A stretch of DNA of 64,000 nt from Dictyostelium discoideum. Its lineage: Eukaryota. The stretch is from positions 6,293,300-6,357,299 of the forward strand of contig CM000152.2 of the NCBI GenBank assembly GCA_000004695.1. Direction: 5' to 3'. Below are positions 39,762 to 53,715 of this stretch, piece after piece; position 1 is the first letter of the stretch, and each line of letters opens with the position of its first letter. A program made the position numbers and the translations under genes. Under the pieces are notes generated by a model that made no database searches, was not told the DNA's origin, and saw only the letters and a list, made by a program, of their open reading frames with translations.

Positions 39762-41057
39762 ATGAATTCAATTCAATTTCCAACACATGAAAAAATTATT
39801 GAAGCAGTTGATAAATTACAAAATGAAGCAATTGAAAAATTAAAACAAATGGTATCATTCGATTCTGTATTAGGTAATGAAAGAGATGTTCAATTATATG
39901 TTGAAGAAGTTTTCAAATCATTAGATTTAAAGGTTGATAGATTTGAAATTGATTTAGAAAAGATTAAACATTTACCAGGTTTTTCACCAGTCAATTGGTC
40001 TTATAAAGGAAAAGAGAATGTAATTGGTATTCATGAACCAGCACCAACTCAACATGCATCAAAACCAGAATCAGAGAGAAAATCATTAATTTTCAATGGT
40101 CATGTTGATGTTGTACCAACAGGAAGAGATGCACTTTGGACTCAAAATCCATTCTCACCATATGTTAAGGATGGTCGTCTCTATGGTAGAGGTAGTGGTG
40201 ATATGAAAGCAGGTATCATTGCATTTATCATTGCCTATAAGGCAATTAAAGAATTGGGTTTTACTCCAGCCGCAAAAGTATTACTTCAAACTGTAGTCGA
40301 AGAGGAATGCACTGGTAATGGAACATTGGCTTGTTTAGAGAGAGGTTACCGTGCTGATGCTGCCATCATTCCTGAACCATTTCCAGAGATTATCACTGCT
40401 CAAGTTGGTTTAGTTTGGTGTAAAGTTAATGTACGTGGTAAACCAGCACACACATTGGAGATGAGTAAAGGTATTAATGCAATCGATGGTGCTATGTATC
40501 TTGTTGGTGAACTTAGAAAATTAGAGGCTGAATGGAACACTGTAAAACATGAAGCATTCTCTGACAAGTTTGACCATCCATTAAATTTCAATCTTGGTAT
40601 GATCAGTGGTGGTGAATGGACCTCTTCAGTACCATGTGAATGTTCATTTGATCTTCGTGCAGGTTTTTATCCAGGTACACCATTGGAAAAAGTTCGTAAA
40701 ACAATCATTGATACTATTGACCGTGCCGCTAAAGAAAAGAATTTACCATACACAATCGAATGGAATGGTTTCCAAGCTGAAGGTGTCACTCATAGTGCCT
40801 CTGGTGATATGATGAAACAATTGGGCGCCACTTATAAATCTGCACTTGGTACTGATGCCATTTATTCACCTGTACTTTGTACCACCGATAGTAGATTCTT
40901 TGAACTTTATTATAATATTCCTGCAACTTGTCTTGGTCCAGAATCAAAAGCAATTCACGGTATTGATGAAAGTGTCTCATTAGAAAGTTTAAGAGATATT
41001 ACAAGAGTTTTAGCTTGTTTTATTTCTGATTGGTGTGGTCTTCAACCACTTCATTAA
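39762..41057 (+). CDS. M20-family metallopeptidase (ArgE/DapE/acetylornithine-deacetylase-like), 431 aa, intronless.
   Basis: Metal-binding and catalytic motifs are present: 'LIFNGHVDVVP', 'GRGSGDMKAG', 'VVEEECTGNG' and a C-terminal 'HG.DE' block. The gene is GC-richer than the flanking genes. Confidence 0.85.
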   Translation: MNSIQFPTHEKIIEAVDKLQNEAIEKLKQMVSFDSVLGNERDVQLYVEEVFKSLDLKVDRFEIDLEKIKHLPGFSPVNWSYKGKENVIGIHEPAPTQHASKPESERKSLIFNGHVDVVPTGRDALWTQNPFSPYVKDGRLYGRGSGDMKAGIIAFIIAYKAIKELGFTPAAKVLLQTVVEEECTGNGTLACLERGYRADAAIIPEPFPEIITAQVGLVWCKVNVRGKPAHTLEMSKGINAIDGAMYLVGELRKLEAEWNTVKHEAFSDKFDHPLNFNLGMISGGEWTSSVPCECSFDLRAGFYPGTPLEKVRKTIIDTIDRAAKEKNLPYTIEWNGFQAEGVTHSASGDMMKQLGATYKSALGTDAIYSPVLCTTDSRFFELYYNIPATCLGPESKAIHGIDESVSLESLRDITRVLACFISDWCGLQPLH

Positions 41058-41164
41058 AAATAAAAACTATTAATTTAAAAACTAATAATAATAAATAATA
41101 ATAAAATATTGTAAAAAAAAAAAAAAAACAATAATAATAGAAGTAATTTATTTTATTTTATATT

Positions 41165-41937
41165 TTATTTTTTAATTAAATTATCATTTTCATCAATTGT
41201 TAAAGAATCTAAACAACCAATTGTTGCTAAAACTTTTAAAATAAATTCATTAAATTCAGGTAACTTTTTACGATATTGTTGTAATAATTGTATTTTATCT
41301 TGATCTGAAGGTTGTTGATCAATTTCTATTATTAATTGTTGTAAACTTTTTACAGTGATAACACTATTTATATATTTTGAATTATCTAATTTTTGAAATT
41401 GTTCATCTGTAACTTTTTTAAAATAATTTAAACTTTCTGAAAATCTACTAACTTTTGAATTATCAATTGGTTCTTTTCTAATTTTAACTTTTTCATCTTC
41501 TGATTCTTCTCCTGATTCTTCTTCTTCTTCTTCTTCTTCCTCTTCCTCTTCATCTCCTTCTTCCTCATCTTCATTTTCAGATGATGGTGATGATGAATCT
41601 GAACTAGATTTTAATTCAATTTCTGATGTTGATAACTTTGGTTCATTCATTTTTATATCATTATCTAATATAGTATCATCTTTTTTATTTTCTTCTTTAT
41701 TTATATTTATTTCTATAGGTGTTTCATGATTATTTACAAGTTCTTTATGTTTTGAAAAACATATTAATGAACAACTAAAAAATTATGTGTTAATATTGTG
41801 AATAATTATTTATTATTTATTATAATAATAACTTACTATTTTATATTTTTACATTTCGGACAAGAATAAATAAATTTTTTTATATTACATATTGAACATA
41901 ATGGATTAGGGTTTTTTATTGTTAAATTATTTTCCAT
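41165..41937 (-). CDS. ZNHIT3-like zf-HIT protein, exons 41937..41837 and 41774..41165.
   Basis: Exon 1 'MENNLTIKNPNPLCSICNIKKFIYSCPKCKNIK' ends at the donor TA|GTAAGT. A 62-nt intron follows. After the acceptor TTTTTTAG|T, exon 2 completes the zf-HIT 'YCSLICFSKHKE'. Next comes an acidic Ser/Glu tract, then a C-terminal 'LQQLIIEIDQ..KIQLLQQY..EFNEFILKVLATIGCL' block that resembles the ZNHIT3 C-terminus. Confidence 0.7.
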
Positions 41938-42076
41938 ACTAATATCTTTAGTTTTTTTTTTTTTTTCGACTGGTCATTATTTTTCGTTTTTTTAATTAAA
42001 TTTATTTTTTTATTTTTTTTTTTATTTTTTTTTTTATTTTTTTTTTTATTTTTTTTTTTCTAAACAAAATTAAAAA

Positions 42077-42109
<33 letters not shown>

Positions 42110-42473
42110 CTCCAAAACTAAATATTTAAATTATTATTATTTTATTTTTTATTATTATTATTTTTATTGTATATACAATTAAAAATAATTAATGTATATC
42201 GATTTTTTTTTTATTTTTTTTTTTATTCGTAATTTTAAAATAACGCGATAATAATCTCGGTTCATTTTAAAATAAAAAATAAAAAAATAAAAAATTAAAA
42301 AAATATCTGAATTTGTGAAAATAACATGTTTTTAATTTTTTTTTTTTTTTAATTTAAAATTTTTTTTATTTTTTTTTTCTTTTTTTTTTTTAATTTATTT
42401 TATTTTCACCATCAAAAACAATTTTTTTTTTTTTTTTTTTTTAATTTATTTTATTTTCACCATCATTAAAACA

Positions 42474-42700
42474 ATGGATAAAGCAAATGATTATTTAAAA
42501 GATTATCAACCAGCTAAATTGGTTTTAGCAACTGCTGGCATAACAGCAGCATCAATTTTAGCATATCAAGCTATCACTGATAGAGGTAATTTTTTTAAAA
42601 AATAAAAATAAAATAACAAATTAAAAAAAAAAAAAAAAATTATTATACTAAAATTTTATTATTTTATTTTTTTATTTTATTATTATTATTATTTTTATTA

Positions 42701-42764
<64 letters not shown>

Positions 42765-44240
42765 GATTTTAAAGATAAATTAAATAAAAAAATATTTAGA
42801 TCAATTAAATCAATGCCAGGTGTTAGTGATATTGTAAAGAAAGAAAGAGCAAAAGCAAAAGTTGAATTAAAGAAAATGTTTAAAACAGATGTTCGTAATG
42901 CACATTATACATTACCATTGAAAGGTATTAAACATGAAGATTTGATTGAAGAAATGAAAGCATTAGCCAAAGTTGATGAATCACATTGGGTAGATTCAAA
43001 AGTGAGTGGATGTGTTTATTTGGGAGAGAAAGAGCATACTAAACTATTGAATGAGGCATATTCATTGTTTTCATTATCGAATCCATTACATCCAAGTGTT
43101 TTCCCATCAATTCGTAAATTTGAAACCGAGAGTATTTCAATGGTTAGTAATATGTTGAATGCACATTCAAAAGTTGTAGGATCATTAACATCTGGTGGTA
43201 CAGAAAGTATTTTCATGGCAGTTAAAGCCTATAGAGATTTCTATAAAGATAGAACTGACAGACCAGAGATTGTAGTACCAGTGACAATTCATGCCGCTTT
43301 CGATAAAGCATGCGAATACTTAAAGATTAGAATCGTGCATATCGATGTGGATCCAGTTAGCTACAAGGTTGATATGGCTGCAATGAAGAAAGCAATCAAT
43401 AAGGATACAATTCTCGTCGCTGGTTCCGCTGTTAATTTCCCACATGGTATTATCGACCCAATCGATGAGATTGCAAAGTTGGCCCAACAATATGATATTG
43501 GTTGTCATGTCGATGCTTGTTTGGGTGGTTTCATTTTACCATTTGCAGAGAAATTAGATTATGATATTCCAGTGTTTGATTTCCGTATTCCAGGTGTAAC
43601 TTCAATGTCTGTCGATACTCATAAATTTGGTTACGCCGCCAAGGGTACCTCTGTAGTATTATTTGGAAATAAAAAGTTAAGAAGAGCAATGTATTTCGTT
43701 GCACCAAATTGGCCAGGTGGTATTTATGCTTCACCAACTTTACCAGGTAGTCGTCCAGGTGGTTTGGTTGCCGCCTGTTGGGCATCATTAGTTTCAATGG
43801 GTAATGATGGTTTCCTCGAGAAAGCAAAAGGTGTAATGGAAACTACAAAGAAGATCATTAAAGGTTTACAATCAATCAATGGTGTTAAAATCATTGGTGA
43901 TCCAAAAGCAATGGTTGTTGCATTCACTTGTGATAACATCTTTTATGTCAATGATTATATGTCAAAGAAAGGTTGGCATTTAAATGCACTTCAAAGACCA
44001 AATTCCTTACACGTTTGTGTTACCGCTAAAATGATTGGTATGGAGTCTTTATTCATTGAAGATCTTAAAGATTCAATTAAATTGGTCAAAGATAATAGTG
44101 GTAGTTTACCAAAAGATGGTACCGCTCCAATCTATGGTTCTGCTCATAGTGTACCTGATAGAGAAATGGTTGGTACTATCTTATCAGATTTCATTGATGA
44201 ATTAATTACACCTGATTATAAACCTTCTCAATCAACTTAA
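42474..44240 (+). CDS. sglA: Sphingosine-1-phosphate lyase (PLP-dependent), 528 aa, exons 42474..42585 and 42766..44240.
   Basis: Exon 1 'MDKANDYLKDYQPAKLVLATAGITAASILAYQAITDR' is a membrane anchor and ends at the donor G|GTAATT. After the acceptor TATAG|AT, exon 2 is collinear with human SGPL1: 'VYLGEKEHTKLLNEAYSLFSLSNPLHPSVFPSIRKFETE', 'SGGTESIFMAVKAYRD', 'HVDACLGGFILPF', 'SVDTHKFGYAAKGTSVVLF' and 'GGIYASPTLPGSRPGG'. Confidence 0.9.
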
Positions 44241-44630
44241 ATAATTAATAAATAATAAATAATATAAATAAATCAATATAAACAATATAAAAAAATTAAA
44301 TAATAAAAAAATGTAATAAATAACTTTAATATCACACTTAAAATAATTTTTATTGAAATATTATTTAAAAAAATTAAAAATTATAATTTCCACCCAGATC
44401 GGTATGAACTATTAATGTGGGATTTAAAAAAAAAAAAATTATTTTTAATTAAAATATTTACTTGGTGGTAAAAATATTAATTTCTATATTTGGCTGGATT
44501 ATTTTTAAATTTTAATTTCCCTATAATCTTTGAAAAAAAACCATAAAAAAAATTAATTTTCTTATTAAATTTACATAATACTTTAATATATAAAATAATT
44601 AATTAGTTAAAATTATATTACACCTTAAAA

Positions 44631-44935
44631 ATGGTAAAATCAAAAAAAATTATTAGAAATAGCAAATTATTAGAAATTCAAACAATGAATGATAAAGATT
44701 TTAAAAGATACTATGGAGTATCCAAGTCTGTATTCTTTTCCCTTTGCGAGAAATTACCAAAGGAGATAAAACAAATATGGGTTCTATGGTTATTTTCATT
44801 TGCAAAGATGGACTATCATTATTTAAAACCGCTTATAATTTTGGGTACACTGAGAAAACTTTCTCAGAAAAAATATGGTTTGTTCTTAATTGCTGTTATA
44901 GAAATTTGAAAATTGATGTAGGTTTTGGCTTATTC

Positions 44936-44992
<57 letters not shown>

Positions 44993-45128
44993 ATTTAAAG
45001 TTAAATATTATAATTTTATATTTTTATAATAATAATAAAAAATTTTTCCAAATGTTATATAAAAATTGTTTTTTTTATTACTTTTTTTGTTCCTTTTTTT
45101 TGTTTAATAATTAAAGTGCACCATTCTA

Positions 45129-45223
<95 letters not shown>

Positions 45224-45831
45224 ATTATTTCTTATTACTAATTGAAAAATAAAAGGATTTTGAATCCAGAAAAATTGATTACGATAATAAAAAGGTAAAA
45301 GATTTAACTAAAAATTCCGATAGAAATTTTCATTTTGCGCTCACAGCATTGGATACAACCGTTTTCCCAATTAGAACAATGGACGATCAATTTTATAGTA
45401 TAAAACACTCAAAGAGATGCCTAAAATACGAAGCAATTGTAACGCTAGATAAGGGAACATGTTGTCACCTCACTGGCCCCCATGTCGGCAGTGAACTTGA
45501 CCTGGTGGTCTACATAAAAGAGGTGGCTCACTTGGATTTACTGCCAGGGGAAAAAATCTTTGCCGACGAGGATTTTTGTTGTAATGAATTTAGTAGTAAA
45601 CTAATTAGACCAATAAAGAAAACCCATGAAACAATGTTGACCAATGAAGAACATTGTTTCAATAATTGGGTTTCATCAAACGGAATTATTGTGAAAAATT
45701 TTTTCAAAGATTTAAAAAAATTTGAGATCCTGAAAGATTGGAGATCATCAATTGATAAACACATGAAAATGGTGTATTTTCTTACATGGGTGGTCAATGA
45801 AGAAAATAAAACCCTATATAAAGAATTATAA
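44631..45831 (+). mobile_element. Harbinger/PIF-type (DDE_Tnp_4) transposase relic. It is frameshifted and interrupted by poly(T) and (ATT)n expansions.
   Basis: N-terminal 'MNDKDFKRYYGVSKSVFFSLCEKL' matches the HARBI1 'DEYLMSMYGFPRQFIYYLVELL' block. In a second frame, 'DGLSLFKTAYNFGYTEKTFSEKIWFVLNCC' matches '[29 protein letters not shown]'. ORF 45349..45831 matches the C-terminal half ('GEKIFADEDFCCNEFSSKLIRPIKK..LTNEEHCFNNWVSSNGIIVKNFFKDLKKFEIL'). The region expected to hold the first catalytic Asp is replaced by simple repeats. Confidence 0.65.
45128..45225. repeat. (ATT)n microsatellite of about 32 units inside the Harbinger relic.
   Basis: Directly visible. Confidence 0.9.
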
Positions 45832-46166
45832 ATAATATGTTTATTTTTTCATTTTTATTTTTTTTTTTTTCTATTTTTAGTTTTGCACTTTTTTTTTAGA
45901 TTTTTATTTTATTTTATTTTTTTTTTTTATTTTTTATTTTTTTTTTCTTAACTTAAAAAAAATCATCATATCACAATATTTGTTTTAATGGAGATACAGT
46001 TTAATTAAAAAAAAAAAACTGGATTTCCCATGTGAAAATTATAATTATATTTATAATTTTCATTTTTATAATTTTTTATTTTTTAATTATTTCGACCCCA
46101 CACATTATTTTTTTATTTTTTTCATTTTTTTTTTTTTTATTTTTATTTTTTTTTTTTCATTCCGAA

Positions 46167-47541
46167 ATGCCTCCCAAGTCCACAACAAACATTGACAATC
46201 AATATTTAAATGATTATATAAAAGATTTAAAAAAATGGCAAATTGAAATTAAAAATAAAGATAAAGAAATTAAACAATCTAAATTATATAATAATAATAA
46301 TAAAAATGATAATAGTACGACAGATCAGCCACAACAACAACAACAGCTAACAACATCACCATCAAAACCAAAAGCTGATAATATAATTGATAATACAAAT
46401 GAATCAATTAAATATAAAGAAAAAGGTAATAAATTATTTGGACAACAAAAATATAAAGAATCAATAGAATATTATACTTTAGCTATTCAATTAGATTCTA
46501 CCAATGCTGTATTATATGGTAATAGAGCAATGGCTTATTTAAAGATGAAAAATTATCAACAATGTGAAATTGATTCAAGTAGATGTTTAAATTTAGATCC
46601 AACTTATACAAAAGCATATCATAGACGTGGTATAGCTAGAGTTGAATTAAAACATTTTGAAGAAGCAATTCAAGATTTTAAACATTTATTAAAATCTGAT
46701 CCATCAAATAAAGATATATTAATTGAATTAAATAAAGCGACATCTCTACTTAAAGATCAAAAAGAAAAAGAAAAACAAAAAGAAATTGATGATAAATTAA
46801 AAAAAGAAAAAGAAGAAAAAGAAGAAAAAGAAAGAAAAGAAAAAGAAGAAAAATCAAAAATTATTCAAGAAATTAAAAATGTTCAACAACCAACACCAAT
46901 AACACCAATAACACCAATAACTTCAACAATTTCTAAATCTTCAAATTTAGTAGTGGAACAACAACCTCAAACTCAGCAACCTCAACAACCAAAAACATTA
47001 ACACTTCAAGAAAGATTAAATAGGATGGCAAATTTGAAAGCACCAATACCAAAGGTTGCACCAAAGAATTCATTTGAATTTGAAAAAGTTTATTTATCAT
47101 TTAATAATGATTTATCACAGTTATATCAATACTTTAAATTAATTGATCCAAATCAATTACCAATTGTGTTGGGTGATGCTTTAACACCTTCTTTATTCTC
47201 TGATATAATTTCTATTTTAGAAAAATATTATTTATTGTAAGTTTTATTATTATTATTGATTTTGTTGTTTTATTTATTTTTTTTAAAAAGAAATAATAAT
47301 AATAATAATAAAGAAAAAAAATATTCTAATAAAATTTAATTTAACATATAGAAATAAGGAATTTAATTTAATATTTAATATTTTAAATAATTTATTAAAT
47401 ATTAATAGAATGTCATTAAATATTCAATTTAGTTCAAAAAATGAAAAATCATCTTTAAAAAACATTATAAATTCATTAAATGATTGCAACACAATTGATA
47501 AATCTAAAATTGATTATTTATTAAATAAATACGCCATTTAG
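46167..47541 (+). CDS. TPR-repeat protein with an RPAP3_C-like C-terminal domain (RPAP3/Tah1-like R2TP adaptor). Main exon 46167..47236 and a tentative terminal exon 47409..47541.
   Basis: The real ATG is at 46167 (MPPKSTTN..). The ORF-track start at 46032 lies in a T-rich leader. Three TPR motifs are visible ('KEKGNKLFGQQKYKESIEYYTLAIQLDSTNAVLYGNRAMAYLKMKNYQQCEIDSSRCLNLDPTYTKAYHRRGIARVELKHFEEAIQDF'). A KE-rich linker follows, then 'FEFEKVYLSFNNDLSQLYQYFKLIDPNQLPIVLGDALTPSLFSDIISILEKYY'. The donor is TT|GTAAGT at 47237. The terminal exon is inferred from the acceptor ATTAATAG| and a phase-compatible frame with no stop. It is weakly supported. Confidence 0.55.
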
Positions 47542-47741
47542 AATATTTAAACCATAATTTCCATAAATTATTTTAATTTCTTTTTTTCTTTTATTTTTTT
47601 TATTTTTTTTGTAAAGAGAAAAAATATAAATAAATTATAATTGTTTTATTCTTTTTTATATATATATACACAATTGATATTAATTTATTTATTGTCTTTT
47701 TTTTTTTATTTTTTTTTTATTTATTTATTTTACATTAAAAA

Positions 47742-48006
47742 TTAAAAGTATTTTGTTCCAATTTTTCTAACCTTTGCATCAAATGCTGTTGATGTTATAG
47801 GTTTATTATATTCATAAAATGGGTTTAATAGTATCTAAATAATTTAAAAAAAAAAAAAAAAAGTTAGTTGGAAAAAAAAAAAAAGGAAAAACAAATAAAA
47901 GAATACAAAAAATTAACTTACTTTTAAATAAAGATCGTGTACTTCAACAAAAAAGTTTTTAATTGCATCTTCATCTTTTTTTTCATGGAGTAACAAAAAT
48001 TTTATA

Positions 48007-48046
<40 letters not shown>

Positions 48047-48510
48047 TTAGGAATATTTTATTAATATGAGATTATCATTATTATTATTAATATTATTATT
48101 TATTTATCTATTTATTTTTTAATTTTTTAATTTTTAATTTATTTTTTTATTTTTTTATTTATTTATTTAATTTTTTTTATTTTTATTCTTTTATTCTTTT
48201 ATTTTTATTTTTTTATTATTTTTTTATTGATCTAATTTATTTTATTTTATTTCATTTTATTTTATTTTATTTCATTTGAATACATACGACCAGCAGTAAC
48301 AAAAGAAGAAATTTGAACTTTATTAAATTTGTCAATTATCTTTAAATACATATTATTTGATTTCCAAACATGTTCTTCAACTATATCTAAAGAACCATGT
48401 GCTATATATTGAAGAACATAGGTTTCTTTCTTTTGTACAGTGATTGGGAATTCGATTTCATATAATGGATTATCATTTTTTCCAATAATTAAAAATGTAA
48501 ATGTTGACAT
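47742..48510 (-). CDS. Sedlin/TRAPPC2 (TRAPP complex subunit), three exons (48510..48288, 48007..47922, 47834..47742).
   Basis: Exon 1 '[63 protein letters not shown]' matches human sedlin '[60 protein letters not shown]'. The donor C|GTATGT makes a split CAT (His) codon. Exon 2 '(H)[28 protein letters not shown]' matches '[29 protein letters not shown]' and ends at the donor |GTAAGT. Exon 3 '[30 protein letters not shown]' matches '[30 protein letters not shown]'. Confidence 0.8.
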
Positions 48511-48674
48511 TATCTATTCTGCTATCTGTTTACTATATATAGTTATATTTATTAAAGATTTAGGAATTCGTTAAAAGTCAACTTTAAAATAAACTGTTAT
48601 TTTAAACTGAAAAAATTAAATATTAAAAAAAAAAAAAAAAATATTAAAAAAAAAAAAAAAAAAAAATCAAAAAT

Positions 48675-48713
<39 letters not shown>

Positions 48714-48828
48714 GAGAGTTTTTATTTTTTTTTTTTACTTTTATTTATTTTTTTTTTTCCAAAATCCAACTCAATTACAATAAAAAAATAATAATAATAA
48801 ATAAAATAATAAAATAATAATTTAGAAT

Positions 48829-51182
<2,354 letters not shown>

Positions 51183-52000
51183 AAAAAAAATAAAAATAAA
51201 AAAATAAAAATCGATCAAGTAAAAAAAAAAAAAAATTAAAATTGTTTTAAAAAATATATTTATAGTTTTAAAATTTATTAATAAAATATGTATACCGTCA
51301 GCTGACGATCACTGACCCACTGTGGGGAAACGGCAAAAAAAATTAAATAATTAAAAAAAAAGTGGTAACTTTTATTTAATTTTTTATTTTATTTTTTATC
51401 TATTTATTTTTTTTTTTTTTTTCATTTATATTTTTTTTTTATTAAAATAAAAAATCAATAACACACCAAGATCACATACTCATGAATTTAATGGATATTT
51501 TTCATATGATAAATTTCAAGAATTTTATTTTCCTAGCCATTGCACTGTTGAATGTCTCAACGATTTCATTGAATCACTTGAGAAATATAAATCCATTTCA
51601 ACTCTCTATAAGTCACTGGAAGTTAACGAAGATGGCTTTTAAAAAAAATAAAAAAATAAATAAAATAAAAAAAAAAATAGAAATATAAAGATTATTATTT
51701 TTTTTATTATAAATAAATAAGATAAAAAAAAAAATAATATTAATTAAAAAAAATAATAATAATAAATTATAAGATTAATAATAATATAATAACTAAGTAA
51801 TAATAATAATAATAAAAAAAAAATAATAATAATTAAATTAATAAATTTGCATTAACCAATTGATTGATTATAATTTTTTATTTTTTATTTTAAATGTTTC
51901 ATTATTATTTTATTTTTTTCTGTTTTTTTTTTTTAATAATCTTTTTTCACCAGCAATCGATTGACCAAGCAATAATTTTGCATTGCTACCAATGTATTAA

Positions 52001-52190
52001 GTAAAATAAAACTTCGAAACTAATTTGTGAAGATCAAGAGTGTTCAAGATCAAAAGGAAATGCAACTTTGTTTTAGATTTAATTAAAAACTAAAAAAAAT
52101 AGAAAAAATAAAAATCGATCTTAACTAACACTTTAGAAAATACATATTTATTAATAGTTTTAAAATTTATTAATAGAAACATTTAAATTT
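52001..52190 (+). repeat. Segmental duplicate, about 90% identical, of the 3' end and downstream flank of the membrane-protein gene (source 51063..51290).
   Basis: 'AAATAAAACTTCGAAA.TAATTTGTGAAGATCAAGAGTGTTCAAGATCAAAAGGA.ATGCAACT..TGTTTTAGATTTAATTAAAAA..CTAAAAAAAAT' recurs, then '..AAAATCGATC..' and '..TTTAAAATTTATTAATA..'. Confidence 0.7.
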
Positions 52191-52457
52191 GACACAAACT
52201 TTTCATTTTTTTTTTTTTTTTTTCGCTGTGGTATGTATTACAACCAATTTTTTTTTTTTTTTTTTTAAATATATTTAATATAAAATATATTCCTCAAAAT
52301 AAAAAACAATTACTAAAAATGGATAATAATTAATTCTAAAAATAAAAGTTTAGATTTAAAAAAAAAAAAAAAAAAATTTCAAGTAAAACGACAACTGAAC
52401 GTTTGGTTTATTCGCCTTTTACTTGAATTTTTTCATAAAAAAAAAAAAAAATTAAAA

Positions 52458-52493
<36 letters not shown>

Positions 52494-52844
52494 TAGTATT
52501 TTTCTGGGGGTTATCAAAAAATTTTTTTTTTTTTTTTTTTTTATTAGTGGTTTTTTTTTTTTCTGTAAATTTGTAACCTTAAAGATAATAAATGAATATA
52601 AACTATTTATATATATAAATATATAATACTAAAAAAATTTAAAAAAACCAAAAAAAAATTAATTTTATTTTTTTTATTTTTTTTTTATTTTTTAATAATT
52701 ATACAAATTACAAATACAAAAATAAATAAATAAAAAAATAAATCATAAAAAAATAAAAAAAATAAATAAAAATCATAAAAATATTATAAATAACAATAAA
52801 ATTAAAAAGTTATTATTATTTATTTTATTTTAATTTTTTTTTAA

Positions 52845-53684
52845 ATGGAAGAAAAAATTAAATCAAATTTAATTCATTCAAAAACTAATGAAGATATTGA
52901 ATTAATTAAACAAAAATTAAAAGAAGACAGAGAATTATTGGAAAAAGAGAGAGCACAATTTGAAGAGGAAAGAAAGATAATATTTGAAAGTTTAAATAAA
53001 GTAGTTGGATCAGGATCAGCCAATATAACCAAGAATATAGCAAAAGCATTAAAAAAAGCAGAGAAAAAGAATGGAGTTGGAAGTAATTTAAATTTAGCAA
53101 ATAGTAGTAGTGGTAGTAATATAAGTGTATATAATAACAATAACAATAATAATAATAATAATAATAGTAATAACATTGGTACACCATTTAATGTACAACA
53201 TAAAGTTCATGTTGATTTCGATTATAAATGGAGTGGTTGTCAAGATTTAGAACAAGTGTTTTTAATTGATTGTATATTGGGTACAGGTAGTTATGGTACA
53301 GTGTATAAAGCCATTCATAAGGATACAAATTTCGTTTTAGCAATTAAATCCATTCCTATCAAAGAATCTGAAGAGATTGAAAAGGAAATTTCAATTCTAA
53401 AGAAATGTAAATCACAAAATATTGTCTCTTATTTTGGTTCAGGTCAACAGGGTGATAATCTTTGGATTCTTATGGAATATTGTTCAGCAAATTCAATTAG
53501 AGATATGTTGGAATTAACTGAAAAATCTTTAACTGAAAAACAAATTTCTGTAATATTACAACAAGCTTTAAAAGGTTTACATTATTTACATCAATCAAAT
53601 ATTATTCATAGAGATATTAAAGCTGCTAATATTTTAATTAATGAAGATGCAATTGTTAAATTAGCTGGTAAATATTATTATTTT

Positions 53685-53715
<31 letters not shown>

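Noticed and set aside
52370-52425. I considered calling the hairpin a Dictyostelium Class I ncRNA.
   Set aside because: It lacks the conserved 11-nt CCTTACAGCAA-type motif and has no DUSE-like element at the expected distance.
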